From: Candidatus Zhuqueibacterota bacterium
Lineage (GTDB): Bacteria; Zhuqueibacterota; Zhuqueibacteria; Residuimicrobiales; Krinioviventaceae
Assembly (NCBI GenBank): GCA_016929295.1
Contig: JAFGJB010000008.1
Coordinates: 12,917-76,916 of the forward strand
Direction of reading: 5' to 3'
Length of the DNA stretch: 64,000 nt
A program made the position numbers and the translations under genes. The notes beneath the pieces are model-generated. The model saw only the letters and a program-made list of their open reading frames with translations. It searched no databases and was not told the DNA's origin. Below are positions 30,918 through 40,718 of the stretch, piece after piece; the first letter of the stretch is position 1, and every line of letters starts with the position of its first letter.

Positions 30918-30946
30918 TTGACACTGCCGCAAAAACTAGCTATAAT
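30918..30946 (+). promoter_or_regulatory. Perfect-consensus sigma70 promoter
   Basis: TTGACA (30918-23), 17 bp, TATAAT (30941-46). Confidence 0.8.
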
Positions 30947-31014
30947 GAAGCAGTTGCGAAAAAGTTGGGCGATGCAAATCCGATACGGTGATCCTCATTC
31001 ATTTGAGATGGGCG

Positions 31015-31290
31015 ATGAAAAATAAATATGCCATCCGCGTTGCTTTGTGGATGATGGGGCTGGCACTGTCGGTCACGCCACGTACGGCAGGTTTAATGCT
31101 GAACGAAGAAATTGGCGATCTCATTGATGCGATGGAAGCGGAAGCTTTTGCGCTCGTCTCAGGCGGCGTTCGCTTTTTCGGCGATCGTATCGCCGTGGAT
31201 CTGGCTATCGTGACATCAGATCAATTCAGGAGCGAGGATGGTTTTCCATTTTTGCCCTGGGTTGATTTCCCTGTGTTGTTCGGGAAATAG
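31015..31290 (+). CDS. Small hypothetical protein; signal-like N-terminus joined to an outer-membrane-barrel-like C-terminus (possible deletion remnant)
   Basis: MKNKYAIRVALWMMGLALSV...LVSGGVRFFGDRIAVDLAIV...FPFLPWVDF. Confidence 0.5.
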   Translation: MKNKYAIRVALWMMGLALSVTPRTAGLMLNEEIGDLIDAMEAEAFALVSGGVRFFGDRIAVDLAIVTSDQFRSEDGFPFLPWVDFPVLFGK

Positions 31291-31547
31291 CCCCATGCAC
31301 CGCTGAAAATATTTTCAGCAAAAAATAATTTCTGTTTGCAAAGCAAATAAATTTTGCTATCTTTTTAATACCACTTTGAGCCACCCGAAGGCTGTCAATA
31401 CAGCCGGGTGTGCTCGACTCGTCCGGATTGAAAAACTTCTTTCATTTACTTTCTACAATAGAAAATTCCACATGGATGGTGCAAGCGCACGCTTGCGGAA
31501 ATGACTTGATAGAATTTATGTGATTAATTTATAGCATTGGAGCGATC

Positions 31548-32120
31548 ATGAGTATTAAATCTTTTTCCAAGGTCATTCCGGGGATTGGACCGGTGATGTT
31601 TGAACGAAGTAAAAAGGCAAAACATTTGAACATTACGGTGAAACCCATCGAGGGTATCCGCGTCGCAGTGCCGTTCGGCTTATCCTACCAGCAAGCCGAG
31701 GATATTGTCAAGAGTAAACGAAAATGGCTGGAGGAGCAGACCGTAAAAATCAAAGCGGTGCAGGAAGAGCACGAGGCGCGCGTGCATGAAAAGCCGCAGT
31801 TTGATCGGCGCCAGGCGCGCGACAAGATCGTCAAGCGTCTGGAAGAGCTGGCAGCGCAATTTGATTTTACCTATCATCGTGTTTTTATACGATCGCAAAA
31901 GACCAAATGGGGGAGCTGCTCGGGCAGCCAAAATATAAACCTGAATGCCAGATTGGTCGAGCTGCCGGATGAGTTGATGGATTATGTCATATTGCACGAA
32001 CTGGTTCATTTGCACACAAAAAACCATGGCGCTCAATTCTGGGCAGAACTGGACAAATATGTCGGGGGGGATGCAAAAAAAGTTGCGAAAGAATTAAAAA
32101 AGTACCGGCTCGATGTATGA
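31548..32120 (+). CDS. YgjP/DUF45 family zinc metallopeptidase-like protein
   Basis: QKTKWGSCS, DYVILHELVH, NHGAQFW. Confidence 0.9.
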   Translation: MSIKSFSKVIPGIGPVMFERSKKAKHLNITVKPIEGIRVAVPFGLSYQQAEDIVKSKRKWLEEQTVKIKAVQEEHEARVHEKPQFDRRQARDKIVKRLEELAAQFDFTYHRVFIRSQKTKWGSCSGSQNINLNARLVELPDELMDYVILHELVHLHTKNHGAQFWAELDKYVGGDAKKVAKELKKYRLDV

Positions 32121-32156
32121 TATTCAGTTGCAGTTCTCAAGCATCTGAATCTGCAT

Positions 32157-33500
32157 TTACCATCCCGTTCTATAATCCTTGTGCAAAAACGCATTTGCTT
32201 CAGGTGCGTTGGCAAAGGTCATTGTTTGCGGATCCCACTGCAGTTTATCGTTAACTCGAAGTGCTACATTGCCCAATAGCACCATTTCCGTCAATGGACC
32301 TGCCTTTTCAAAATGAATGCCGGCCGGCTCCCCGCCTTTACATGCTGCAATCCATTCCTGGCGATGACCAATCGAACGAGGCAATGTCTTTGGTGGTCGC
32401 GTATACGATCTCATCGCCGACTCGGGAATGATGCGCAGTGCGCGGGCGCCGTGAGAACCGGTCAAGATTTTCCCCTTTGATCCAATGTATAACACGCCGC
32501 CGTAGGTGTCACCCATCTTTCGACCTTGCTCCAGTTCTGCGGGCGTTTCCGGCATCAATCCACCATCATACCAGTGCAATGTCACCGGCGGCATCTGCTC
32601 CCGCGCCGGAAACTGATAATGAACCAGGCAGGCGCGTGGAAAACAATCGGTATCTTTTTGTTTATCCCAGTTCAATCCTTTGGGGACAAAATAGGAATGG
32701 CTGGCTTCGATGGTCACAGGGTGTCCGAGTTTCATTGCCCAGAGGATCGGATCAAAAATATGGCACCCCATATCACCCAATCCGCCGGTGCCAAAATCCC
32801 ACCACGCACGCCATTGGCCAGGGTGGTAGACGGGGTGATAAGGTCGAACCGGCGCCACGCCGAGCCACAAATCCCAGTCCAGTTCTTCGGGAACAGGCGG
32901 CGTTTCTGTCGGGCGCGGAATACCTTGTGGCCACACCGGATGCGGCGTCCAGGCGTGGATCTCACGAATGTCGCCAATGGCGCCGTCCCATATCCATTCG
33001 CACAGGAGGCGCGCCTCTTCCATGGCGTGACCTTGGGTGCCCATTTGCGTGGCGACGCCCGCTTTTTTGGCAGCTGCTGCCAAGAGTCGTGCTTCCATAA
33101 CCGTATGCGTCAACGGCTTTTCGGTATAAACATGCTTGCCCGCTTCGATCGCTGCCATGCTGATGGGTGCGTGCATATGATCCGGTGTGGCGACAACGAC
33201 CGCGTCGATATCCTTTTGCTTTTCCAGCATGATGCGATAATCCTTGTAGCGCCTGGCGTTGGGATAGCGCTCAAATGTCGAGGCGGCAACTTGCCAATCC
33301 ACATCGCAAAGAGCTGTTATGTTTTCTGATTCCATATCTTGCAAGTCAGCGGCGCCCATTCCGCCGACGCCAATGCCGGCAATATTCAACGTGTCGCTGG
33401 GCGCCTTATAGCCTCGCCCGAGGACATGTCGAGGGACAATGAAAAAAGCCGATGATGCGGCCACTGTTTTTATAAAGCGACGACGATTTGTCCGCTTCAT
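32157..33500 (-). CDS. Gfo/Idh/MocA oxidoreductase with Tat signal
   Basis: NRRRFIK signal, GIGVGGMG, ATPDHMH, EKP, GDMGCH. Confidence 0.92.
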   Translation of the reverse strand: MKRTNRRRFIKTVAASSAFFIVPRHVLGRGYKAPSDTLNIAGIGVGGMGAADLQDMESENITALCDVDWQVAASTFERYPNARRYKDYRIMLEKQKDIDAVVVATPDHMHAPISMAAIEAGKHVYTEKPLTHTVMEARLLAAAAKKAGVATQMGTQGHAMEEARLLCEWIWDGAIGDIREIHAWTPHPVWPQGIPRPTETPPVPEELDWDLWLGVAPVRPYHPVYHPGQWRAWWDFGTGGLGDMGCHIFDPILWAMKLGHPVTIEASHSYFVPKGLNWDKQKDTDCFPRACLVHYQFPAREQMPPVTLHWYDGGLMPETPAELEQGRKMGDTYGGVLYIGSKGKILTGSHGARALRIIPESAMRSYTRPPKTLPRSIGHRQEWIAACKGGEPAGIHFEKAGPLTEMVLLGNVALRVNDKLQWDPQTMTFANAPEANAFLHKDYRTGW

Positions 33501-33681
33501 TGGAGTTCCTTTCGTCTGATCGATTTCAGCCTGGTCATGAAAAAGCATAGTAAAAAGAAATGACTAAAACAAGCAAGAAATAAGTTCGCTTGTATTTTAA
33601 TCTTTGGTTTACGGCAGATTTTTTTTATTTTGCCTGGTATTGTAAGAATGAAATAGAATAGATAAACGAAGGAGTAATGAT

Positions 33682-35190
33682 ATGAACATGAACCTGAAGA
33701 GCCTGGACGTCTGGTTTGTTACCGGCAGCCAGCACCTCTACGGCGATGAAACATTGCGCCAGGTTGCTGAACACTCGCAAACAATTGCCGCAGCACTGTC
33801 AGCATCCGCCGACATTCCGGTCAACGTTGTATGCAAGCCGGTGTTGACGACGCCGGATGCAATCTCTCGACTATGTATCGACGCAAATTCGGACCCTGCA
33901 TGTATCGGTCTCATTACCTGGATGCACACGTTTTCGCCGGCGAAAATGTGGATTGCCGGATTGAATACGCTACAAAAGCCGTTCGTGCATTTGCATACCC
34001 AATATAACCGCGATATTCCCTGGGATAAAATCGACATGGATTTTATGAATCTGAACCAATCGGCGCATGGCGGCCGCGAGTTCGGATTTATCGGCACTCG
34101 TCTGCGCATCAATCGCAAGGTTGTCGTGGGATTCTGGCAGGAAAAAGCGGTGCAGGAAAAGCTTGCCATCTGGATGCGCGCGGCCGTTGCCTGGCACGAT
34201 TGGCAGAGCGGCAAGGTGGCTCGCTTTGGCGATAATATGCGTCAGGTGGCAGTGACTGAAGGCGATAAAGTTGAAGCGCAAATCAGATTCGGCTATTCGG
34301 TGAATGGTTATGGGGTTGGCGATTTGGTCGCTGCGGTGAAAAAGGTGAGCGATGCCCAAGTCGATAAATTGATCCATGACTATCGTCAGCTTTACAAAAT
34401 GCCGGCTCGCCTCGAATCCGATACAGCCCTTATGCGCAGTCTGAAAGAAGCCGCAAAAATTGAAGTGGGCTTGCGCAGCTTTTTGCAGGAGGGCGGTTAC
34501 ACAGCATTCACTACAACATTCGAGGATTTGCACGGTCTGACGCAATTGCCGGGATTGGCGGTGCAGCGTCTCATGGCAGATGGTTATGGATTTGGCGCTG
34601 AAGGGGACTGGAAAACGGCTGCTCTTGTGCGTGCGATCAAGGTGATGGCCCTCGGACTCGCGGGCGGCACATCGTTTATGGAAGACTATACCTATCACCT
34701 CGACCCGGCTGGCCCCATGGTGCTTGGCGCCCATATGCTGGAAGTCTGTTCATCCATAGCCGATGGTCAGGCCTCTCTCGAAGTCCATCCCCTGGGTATT
34801 GGCGGCAAAGCCGATCCCGCGCGCCTGGTGTTCAACGTGAGGGGAGGTTCTGGTTTGAATGCATCCATCATCGATCTGGGCAACCGTTTTCGCCTGTTGG
34901 TGAATGAGGTGGATGTTGTCAATCCGAAAGAGGCGTTGCCCAAATTGCCGGTCGCGCGCGTGGTGTGGATGCCAAAGCCAAACCTGGAAACAGCTGCCGG
35001 CGCCTGGATCCTCGCCGGCGGTGCACACCACACCGCATTCACGATGGCCCTGACGTCAGAATATCTACAGGATTTTGCCGATATAGCTGATGTGGAAATG
35101 GTCGTGATTGGCGAGAATACCAGAATTTCTGAATTCAAAAAGGAATTGCGCTGGAACAGCGTCTATTATTCTATGAACAGGGGATTCTAG
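33682..35190 (+). CDS. araA: L-arabinose isomerase
   Basis: [45 protein letters not shown]. Confidence 0.97.
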   Translation: MNMNLKSLDVWFVTGSQHLYGDETLRQVAEHSQTIAAALSASADIPVNVVCKPVLTTPDAISRLCIDANSDPACIGLITWMHTFSPAKMWIAGLNTLQKPFVHLHTQYNRDIPWDKIDMDFMNLNQSAHGGREFGFIGTRLRINRKVVVGFWQEKAVQEKLAIWMRAAVAWHDWQSGKVARFGDNMRQVAVTEGDKVEAQIRFGYSVNGYGVGDLVAAVKKVSDAQVDKLIHDYRQLYKMPARLESDTALMRSLKEAAKIEVGLRSFLQEGGYTAFTTTFEDLHGLTQLPGLAVQRLMADGYGFGAEGDWKTAALVRAIKVMALGLAGGTSFMEDYTYHLDPAGPMVLGAHMLEVCSSIADGQASLEVHPLGIGGKADPARLVFNVRGGSGLNASIIDLGNRFRLLVNEVDVVNPKEALPKLPVARVVWMPKPNLETAAGAWILAGGAHHTAFTMALTSEYLQDFADIADVEMVVIGENTRISEFKKELRWNSVYYSMNRGF

Positions 35191-35265
35191 GATCAAGGAC
35201 AGAAAAGCAAAAATGGCGAATGCTCCATTCAGTTTTTTGCAGCCATCAGGAAGCGAGGTGCATCG

Positions 35266-36159
35266 ATGAAACCAACGAGAAGAGATTTTCTGAAAACCGC
35301 GGCCGGCGGACTCGCGGCCGTCGCACTGCCGATCTCTCTGCCGGGGGAAAGGCAGGACTTTTTTTCGCCGATTACACTTGGCAAAAGCGGTATCCAAAGC
35401 AGTCTTCTCTCCTTCGGAACCGGCACTCACGGCAGCAACAAAGCGTCAAAACAGACGCGTTTGGGCATGGAGGCTTTTGTCGATTTGGGCGGTCACGCCT
35501 ACGAAGCCGGCGTGAGGTTTTACGATGCGGCCGATTCTTATGGCTCGCATCCCTATCTGCGCGAGCTGTTCCGCCACATTCCGCGCGAGAATGTCACCGT
35601 GCTGAGCAAGCTCTGGAATCGTCCCAGCGATTGGGCACATTTCACCACCGCCCAAAATGCTGTTGACAGATTTCGCCAGGAGCTGGATCAGGATTATATT
35701 GATATTGTTCTCATGCACTGCATGGTGGAACCAGACTGGACGACGCTGTATCGAAAGGTGATGGATGAACTCTCTGAATTGAAGGTCAAGGGTGTGATCG
35801 GCTCTTATGGTGCATCATTCCATTCCATTTATGCTCTCAAAGCAGCCCTGGAGTCCGATTGGCCGGAAATCCTGTTTGTCCGCTTCAACGACAGCGGCAC
35901 ACAGATGGATCATTATCCCCGTGTCGTAGCGCCCATGCTCAGAAAAGCGAGATCGGACGGCAAAGGCGTCATCGCTATGAAAGTTTTTGGCGGCGGCAAG
36001 GCGGTGCAGGAGGAGCAGCGCGAGAGCTCACTCAAGTTTGTGCTGGGTTCGAATGCAATTGACATGATGACCATCGGTTTTGGCAGTCGGGAAGAATTTG
36101 ATGATACAGTTGAGCGCATCAAGCGACTTGCAGCTGGTGAGCACGCGCCAGCTCGGTGA
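35266..36159 (+). CDS. Aldo/keto reductase with Tat signal
   Basis: TRRDFLK signal, DAADSYGSH, DYIDIVLMH, AMKVFGGG. Confidence 0.88.
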   Translation: MKPTRRDFLKTAAGGLAAVALPISLPGERQDFFSPITLGKSGIQSSLLSFGTGTHGSNKASKQTRLGMEAFVDLGGHAYEAGVRFYDAADSYGSHPYLRELFRHIPRENVTVLSKLWNRPSDWAHFTTAQNAVDRFRQELDQDYIDIVLMHCMVEPDWTTLYRKVMDELSELKVKGVIGSYGASFHSIYALKAALESDWPEILFVRFNDSGTQMDHYPRVVAPMLRKARSDGKGVIAMKVFGGGKAVQEEQRESSLKFVLGSNAIDMMTIGFGSREEFDDTVERIKRLAAGEHAPAR

Positions 36160-36179
36160 TGTCGTTGACAGCGCTGGAG

Positions 36180-38447
36180 TCAGGGCATGTTTTTCAGGAC
36201 GTCGAGGTTTTCCTGCGCTTTGCTTTTATAATCCAAAGCGCCTTTGTGATATGGATTGATCCGCAGAACATTGTTCCACATATTGATCGCCTGTTGATAT
36301 TTTTCTTCGGTGTAAAGTTGAATACCCAGATTGAAGAATTCATCAACCCGAGCGTTCAATTCGATTTGGCAACGTTGCCGCAGTTGTTGAGCTTCAGCGT
36401 GGTCTGCGTCTTTTATCAGCACCGAATCGAATAGCTCCAGAGCTTCCAGATACCTGCCCGCGATATATTCAGCGCGTGCCTGACGCATGAGGCTTTCAAT
36501 GTCGAGCTTTGTGAGGGCATTCCGTTTTATGGTGGTCGCTTCCGCATGAGAGGGATTCATATTCAGCGCCGAATCCGCCCAGGTGATGGCCTCCCGCCAC
36601 TCTCTGTTTTCAAAATGCTCTCTTGCGAGCTCGAGGTATTTGCGGGATTGTCCTGTTCGCGAATCCGCAATCAAATTTTTATAGCGGCGTGCTCCTGAAT
36701 GCGACGGATCGATGGCCAGCGCGGCGTTAAAGAGTTCGAGAGCAGTGCGATAGTCTTTGTTGTCGTAAGCGGTTTTGCCTCTGTCGTAATACCTTTCTGC
36801 ACTTGAGGTGATCGTCGCCAAAAGCTCCTTTTGCCGCTGCAGTGCGAAAGAATGATCCGGTTGAATCTTGAGGATTTCCTGGTACATCCTCAGCGCATCG
36901 TTCCACGATTTGTTTGCATCCAATCTTTGCGCCTGGTCGAGCATGTCGGAAATCTCGAGCGAAATTTCCTTGCGCTCGTTTTTGATTCGTCGCAGATAAT
37001 TCGCAGCATCTTCAAGATTCGGATCAATGGCAAGAGCTTTGTCAAATTCTGTTTCCGCCAGATCGAGTTTGCGCTGGCTATAATATCCCAGGCCGGCAAA
37101 ATAGTGTTGCTCCGCGATTTTTGAATGATAGGATTGAATTTTGACCAGATAATTCTTTGAACCAAAGTGATCAGGTCGCACCAGAATGATCGCCTCGAAC
37201 AACTCTTTCGCCCGCTGAATGTCGGCATCATTGTACGCCTGAACCGCCTGCTGGTACCATCGCTCAACGTCAATGTTCACCTTGGGACGAATCATCGCAA
37301 TGGCTTGCTGCGCCTCACGATTTTTGGGATCAATTTTGAGAACCAGAAGATATTGCGCCGCTGCTGCAAGATAGTTGCTCTGATTTTGAAAGGTTTGACC
37401 CTCGACGAGCAGGGAGTCGATTTTGACATTCTCTTTTGCCAGAACGGGGAGGAGCAATTTTTCAAGATTGTTGGCTTTGGTATGATTTTCATCGTATATG
37501 AGTACATACTCACATCGTTGAAGAGCTGCCTTGATATCTCGTCGTTTTAGTGCTTCCATGGCATCGTTGTAATAACGATCTGCAATCTGTTTGGGATGCG
37601 CGCCAATCCGTGCCGATGTGGTCAGCGCCAGTCTTTTTGTCAAGGCGTCAAAGGTCAGATCCAAGCTGAGGTTATCCCGTTCAAATCCGCCGCCGAACGA
37701 ATACTTGCTTGAATCAAAGTCTTTTATGCCGGCGAAAACGCGAACGTGTGGCGTCGGATTGAATAGCAGCCCGAGGTGATTCGAGTCATCGCCCGACATA
37801 AAATGACGCGCGTAGTGCAGTGTTGGCCCGGTCGCGGTGAACTGGTATGAAAGACCAAGGCGAATTTGATGATTGCCATGCTGCTGTCCTAACGGGATGT
37901 TGTGCAATGAGAATCCAACTGCCAATCTATCAGCAATGTACGGTGAGCGTTGCTGCAAAATCGAATTCGTCGGTCTGAAGAGCATACCCACTCCGAAGGT
38001 CATCCAGCTGTGCTCTGACTGCTGCAATCCATTCATATTGAGTCCGACGAACAAGCCCGGGATCAATTGATAACCCCACCCGGCTGTGGCAAATTGAATC
38101 GGATCGTTCTCCCAGGTGGAGGCAATCGAGGCGGCGAACGAACCAAATTTGGGGACAAAATGAGAGTATGCTAAATAGTTCGCCGTAAAGGGTTCATGAA
38201 TGCTCAACAGTCCCTGTGGGCAGCGCATGACGGCGAGCGATGCCGGATTCCAATAGAGTGCAGAAGCATCATATAGCCCCACGACAGCGGAATAGCCGAT
38301 GCCGATAGCTTTGGCGCCGGGAGAAAAGGAATCCAGTTCATCCTGCGCCCGGCATGGTCGCAGTAGATGAAACAACATGAAGAGAAAGCAGAGAAAAACT
38401 CGTACAGGAGAGAATGTCTTCCTGCTACATAGTAATGGCATGGTCAT
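36180..38447 (-). CDS. PorV/FadL-like beta-barrel fused to a long TPR array
   Basis: Signal peptide, PGAKAIGIG...DASALYWNPASLA, barrel strands, then many TPR units ending (I/L)DP or (I/M)NP. Confidence 0.8.
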   Translation of the reverse strand: MTMPLLCSRKTFSPVRVFLCFLFMLFHLLRPCRAQDELDSFSPGAKAIGIGYSAVVGLYDASALYWNPASLAVMRCPQGLLSIHEPFTANYLAYSHFVPKFGSFAASIASTWENDPIQFATAGWGYQLIPGLFVGLNMNGLQQSEHSWMTFGVGMLFRPTNSILQQRSPYIADRLAVGFSLHNIPLGQQHGNHQIRLGLSYQFTATGPTLHYARHFMSGDDSNHLGLLFNPTPHVRVFAGIKDFDSSKYSFGGGFERDNLSLDLTFDALTKRLALTTSARIGAHPKQIADRYYNDAMEALKRRDIKAALQRCEYVLIYDENHTKANNLEKLLLPVLAKENVKIDSLLVEGQTFQNQSNYLAAAAQYLLVLKIDPKNREAQQAIAMIRPKVNIDVERWYQQAVQAYNDADIQRAKELFEAIILVRPDHFGSKNYLVKIQSYHSKIAEQHYFAGLGYYSQRKLDLAETEFDKALAIDPNLEDAANYLRRIKNERKEISLEISDMLDQAQRLDANKSWNDALRMYQEILKIQPDHSFALQRQKELLATITSSAERYYDRGKTAYDNKDYRTALELFNAALAIDPSHSGARRYKNLIADSRTGQSRKYLELAREHFENREWREAITWADSALNMNPSHAEATTIKRNALTKLDIESLMRQARAEYIAGRYLEALELFDSVLIKDADHAEAQQLRQRCQIELNARVDEFFNLGIQLYTEEKYQQAINMWNNVLRINPYHKGALDYKSKAQENLDVLKNMP

Positions 38448-39951
38448 AATCCACTTCAAATGTAGCGACAGGTTTGCTGCGTCCTTTGACCAATACTGGA
38501 TCAAGTTGTGTCGTCGTATAATGGCCCTTGAGTCGACGAGCGACTTCAATCGGCGCGATGATTTGTCCCGGCTTTGCGATCGAGCACAATCTGGCGGAGA
38601 GGTTCACCACATCGCCAATGACCGTATAGTCCATGCGATTTTTTGAGCCCATATTGCCAAGCACCGCCGGTCCGACATTGATGCCAATGCCGACCTTCAA
38701 TGTCAGCACGCCGAGCTCAGCCCGTCTGACATTGAGTTGGTGTATTGCCCGCTGGATTTCGACGGCCGTTTTAACGGCGTTATCAGCCTGATTTTCACCA
38801 TCGAAAATGGCCATGACCTGGTCGCCCATAAATTTATCGACAACGCCGTGGTTGTTTTCGATTATTTGCGATTGGACATCCAGATAGATATTCACCAGCT
38901 TGACGATTTCTTTTGGGCTGAGGCGTTCGGTGAGATTGGAAAAATTGCGAATATCAGAAAACAAAAGTGTGACATTGCGGCTCTCGCCTTCCGACGGCAA
39001 GCCGTTCGCATAGCGGTCACGAATCATCTTGATGGTGTACTTTGATACAAATTTTTGCATATACAATTTTTCATGCAAATGCTTTATCATTTTATTGAAT
39101 TCGCTCGCCAGCTGGCCCAACTCATCATTTGACAATATCGGGATCTCTTTTTTCAGATCGCCTTCGCTGATGCGATGAACACCCTTGCCGAGCTCTTCAA
39201 TTTGTCTTGTCATACGGTGGGCGACGAAAAAGATCAGCAGAACTGAAACAATCAGGACAATTAATGTGGCGGAAATCGTCGTTTCAGTCGCATGTTTCAT
39301 CGGCGCCATGACCGTTTTCTTGGAAAATCCCAGTGCTGCAACACCCAGAAAAACCCTCTCTGTCTCACTTCGGCGAACGTACAGCGGGTGAATGTGCTCG
39401 ATAATTTCAGCATTTTCCCGCACAAAATTTTCCTGTAACTGACTAAAAAGCAGACTATCCTCGGTGACAACGAGCGTGTTGATGAGCGAGATATCAGTGT
39501 GAGCTATGATCATGCCGTTCCGGTCAATGACCTTTGCGTACGACAGTCCGTCAATCCCTTCCGTGAAGACGGGCTGTATTTGCTCGAGGATGTGCCCCAG
39601 CCATTGACTGCGCTCATTTACGTCGGCGCCTTCTTTATAATAGAGGAGAAGATCGTTCTTTATTGCTGTCGAGACGTGCCGCAGGGAGAGCTCGCAGTAT
39701 TGCGCCAGGCTGTCGCGCAGCACTTTGCGGCCATTCTGAAAAAAAGTGAATGACAATATGGACAACATGCTGATGACAATGATGCCAATGATGATGATGA
39801 GCTTGTCCCGAATGGGTAACGACGCAAATCGCCATTTGAGCTGGTTTTTTATGCTTTGAAAACTGTTTTTTAGAGTTTGAATAAACGTGCGAAAAAAAGT
39901 GTGCGTCGTCTCATGGGCTCGCTCGGGAAATTTTGTCTCTTGGTTGCTTAT
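38425..39951 (-). CDS. Membrane class III adenylate cyclase (TM-sensor-TM-HAMP-CycIII); start uncertain (first ATG 39768, probable ATA 39951)
   Basis: FSDIRNFS, DKFMGD, GIGIN, DYTVIGDVVNLSARL, HAMP DELGQLASEFNKM; frame stays open upstream to 39993. Confidence 0.88.
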   Translation of the reverse strand: MSNQETKFPERAHETTHTFFRTFIQTLKNSFQSIKNQLKWRFASLPIRDKLIIIIGIIVISMLSILSFTFFQNGRKVLRDSLAQYCELSLRHVSTAIKNDLLLYYKEGADVNERSQWLGHILEQIQPVFTEGIDGLSYAKVIDRNGMIIAHTDISLINTLVVTEDSLLFSQLQENFVRENAEIIEHIHPLYVRRSETERVFLGVAALGFSKKTVMAPMKHATETTISATLIVLIVSVLLIFFVAHRMTRQIEELGKGVHRISEGDLKKEIPILSNDELGQLASEFNKMIKHLHEKLYMQKFVSKYTIKMIRDRYANGLPSEGESRNVTLLFSDIRNFSNLTERLSPKEIVKLVNIYLDVQSQIIENNHGVVDKFMGDQVMAIFDGENQADNAVKTAVEIQRAIHQLNVRRAELGVLTLKVGIGINVGPAVLGNMGSKNRMDYTVIGDVVNLSARLCSIAKPGQIIAPIEVARRLKGHYTTTQLDPVLVKGRSKPVATFEVDYDHAITM

Positions 39952-40118
39952 TTTACCATCCTTGAAAATTAGAACAGTGGCTAAACAAAGTACTCATTCA
40001 CCAGCGAATCTACGGCTATCGAACAAAAATAATTTAATGATAAAATGAATATATTCAAAGCCTAATCTTGATACAGAGACGCACGCCGGTCGTTGGTCAG
40101 TGAAGCCGCGTAATAATG

Positions 40119-40379
40119 TTAATCGACAATTATGATTTCTTCCACTCTGATTTTGCCTGTTTCTGCAGGATCTTGCAGAACATCTGTTTTTTTGTGCAGG
40201 TAATAGATGGCAAAGAGCAACAGCAGGATGGCAAACAGCAGTTGCACCGGGTTTACTCTGGCAACTCTTTGCGAATGTCGAAGTCGTCTGAAATGAATCC
40301 GGTGTTCTTGATCAGCTGCAGCATCCTGGTTGTAGTAATACGTCTCTATTTTGAATTCACGTGGCCGTGCCAATTTCAT
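40119..40379 (-). CDS. Small single-pass membrane hypothetical protein
   Basis: Basic N-terminus plus one TM (LLFAILLLLFAIYYL); GAGAGG upstream. Confidence 0.6.
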   Translation of the reverse strand: MKLARPREFKIETYYYNQDAAADQEHRIHFRRLRHSQRVARVNPVQLLFAILLLLFAIYYLHKKTDVLQDPAETGKIRVEEIIIVD

Positions 40380-40718
40380 CAACGGCATAACGCACCTCTC
40401 GTAAGTTGTTCATCGTCATGTATCTATTTAAAAATAGACAATTTTTTTCAATTCAGCAAGATGGCGCGTGATAGATCAAGCCAGGCTTAGCTCTTGCTGG
40501 GATTTAACCTCTTTATAACATGATTATATCTTTGACAAGTTCCCGTGTAAATGTGGATTTTCATCATTTGCAAAAAGGCTCTTGTTTTGCGCTGCGATGG
40601 CCAGCAAGCGCCTGCATGTCGCCTTGAGTTATTTTCTGAAATCGAGTATGATTGTGTTGCTATTCAATCCGAGTTTATCTAATTTTGCAGGTTGCGGGCA
40701 ACAGGAAAGGAGATTATA

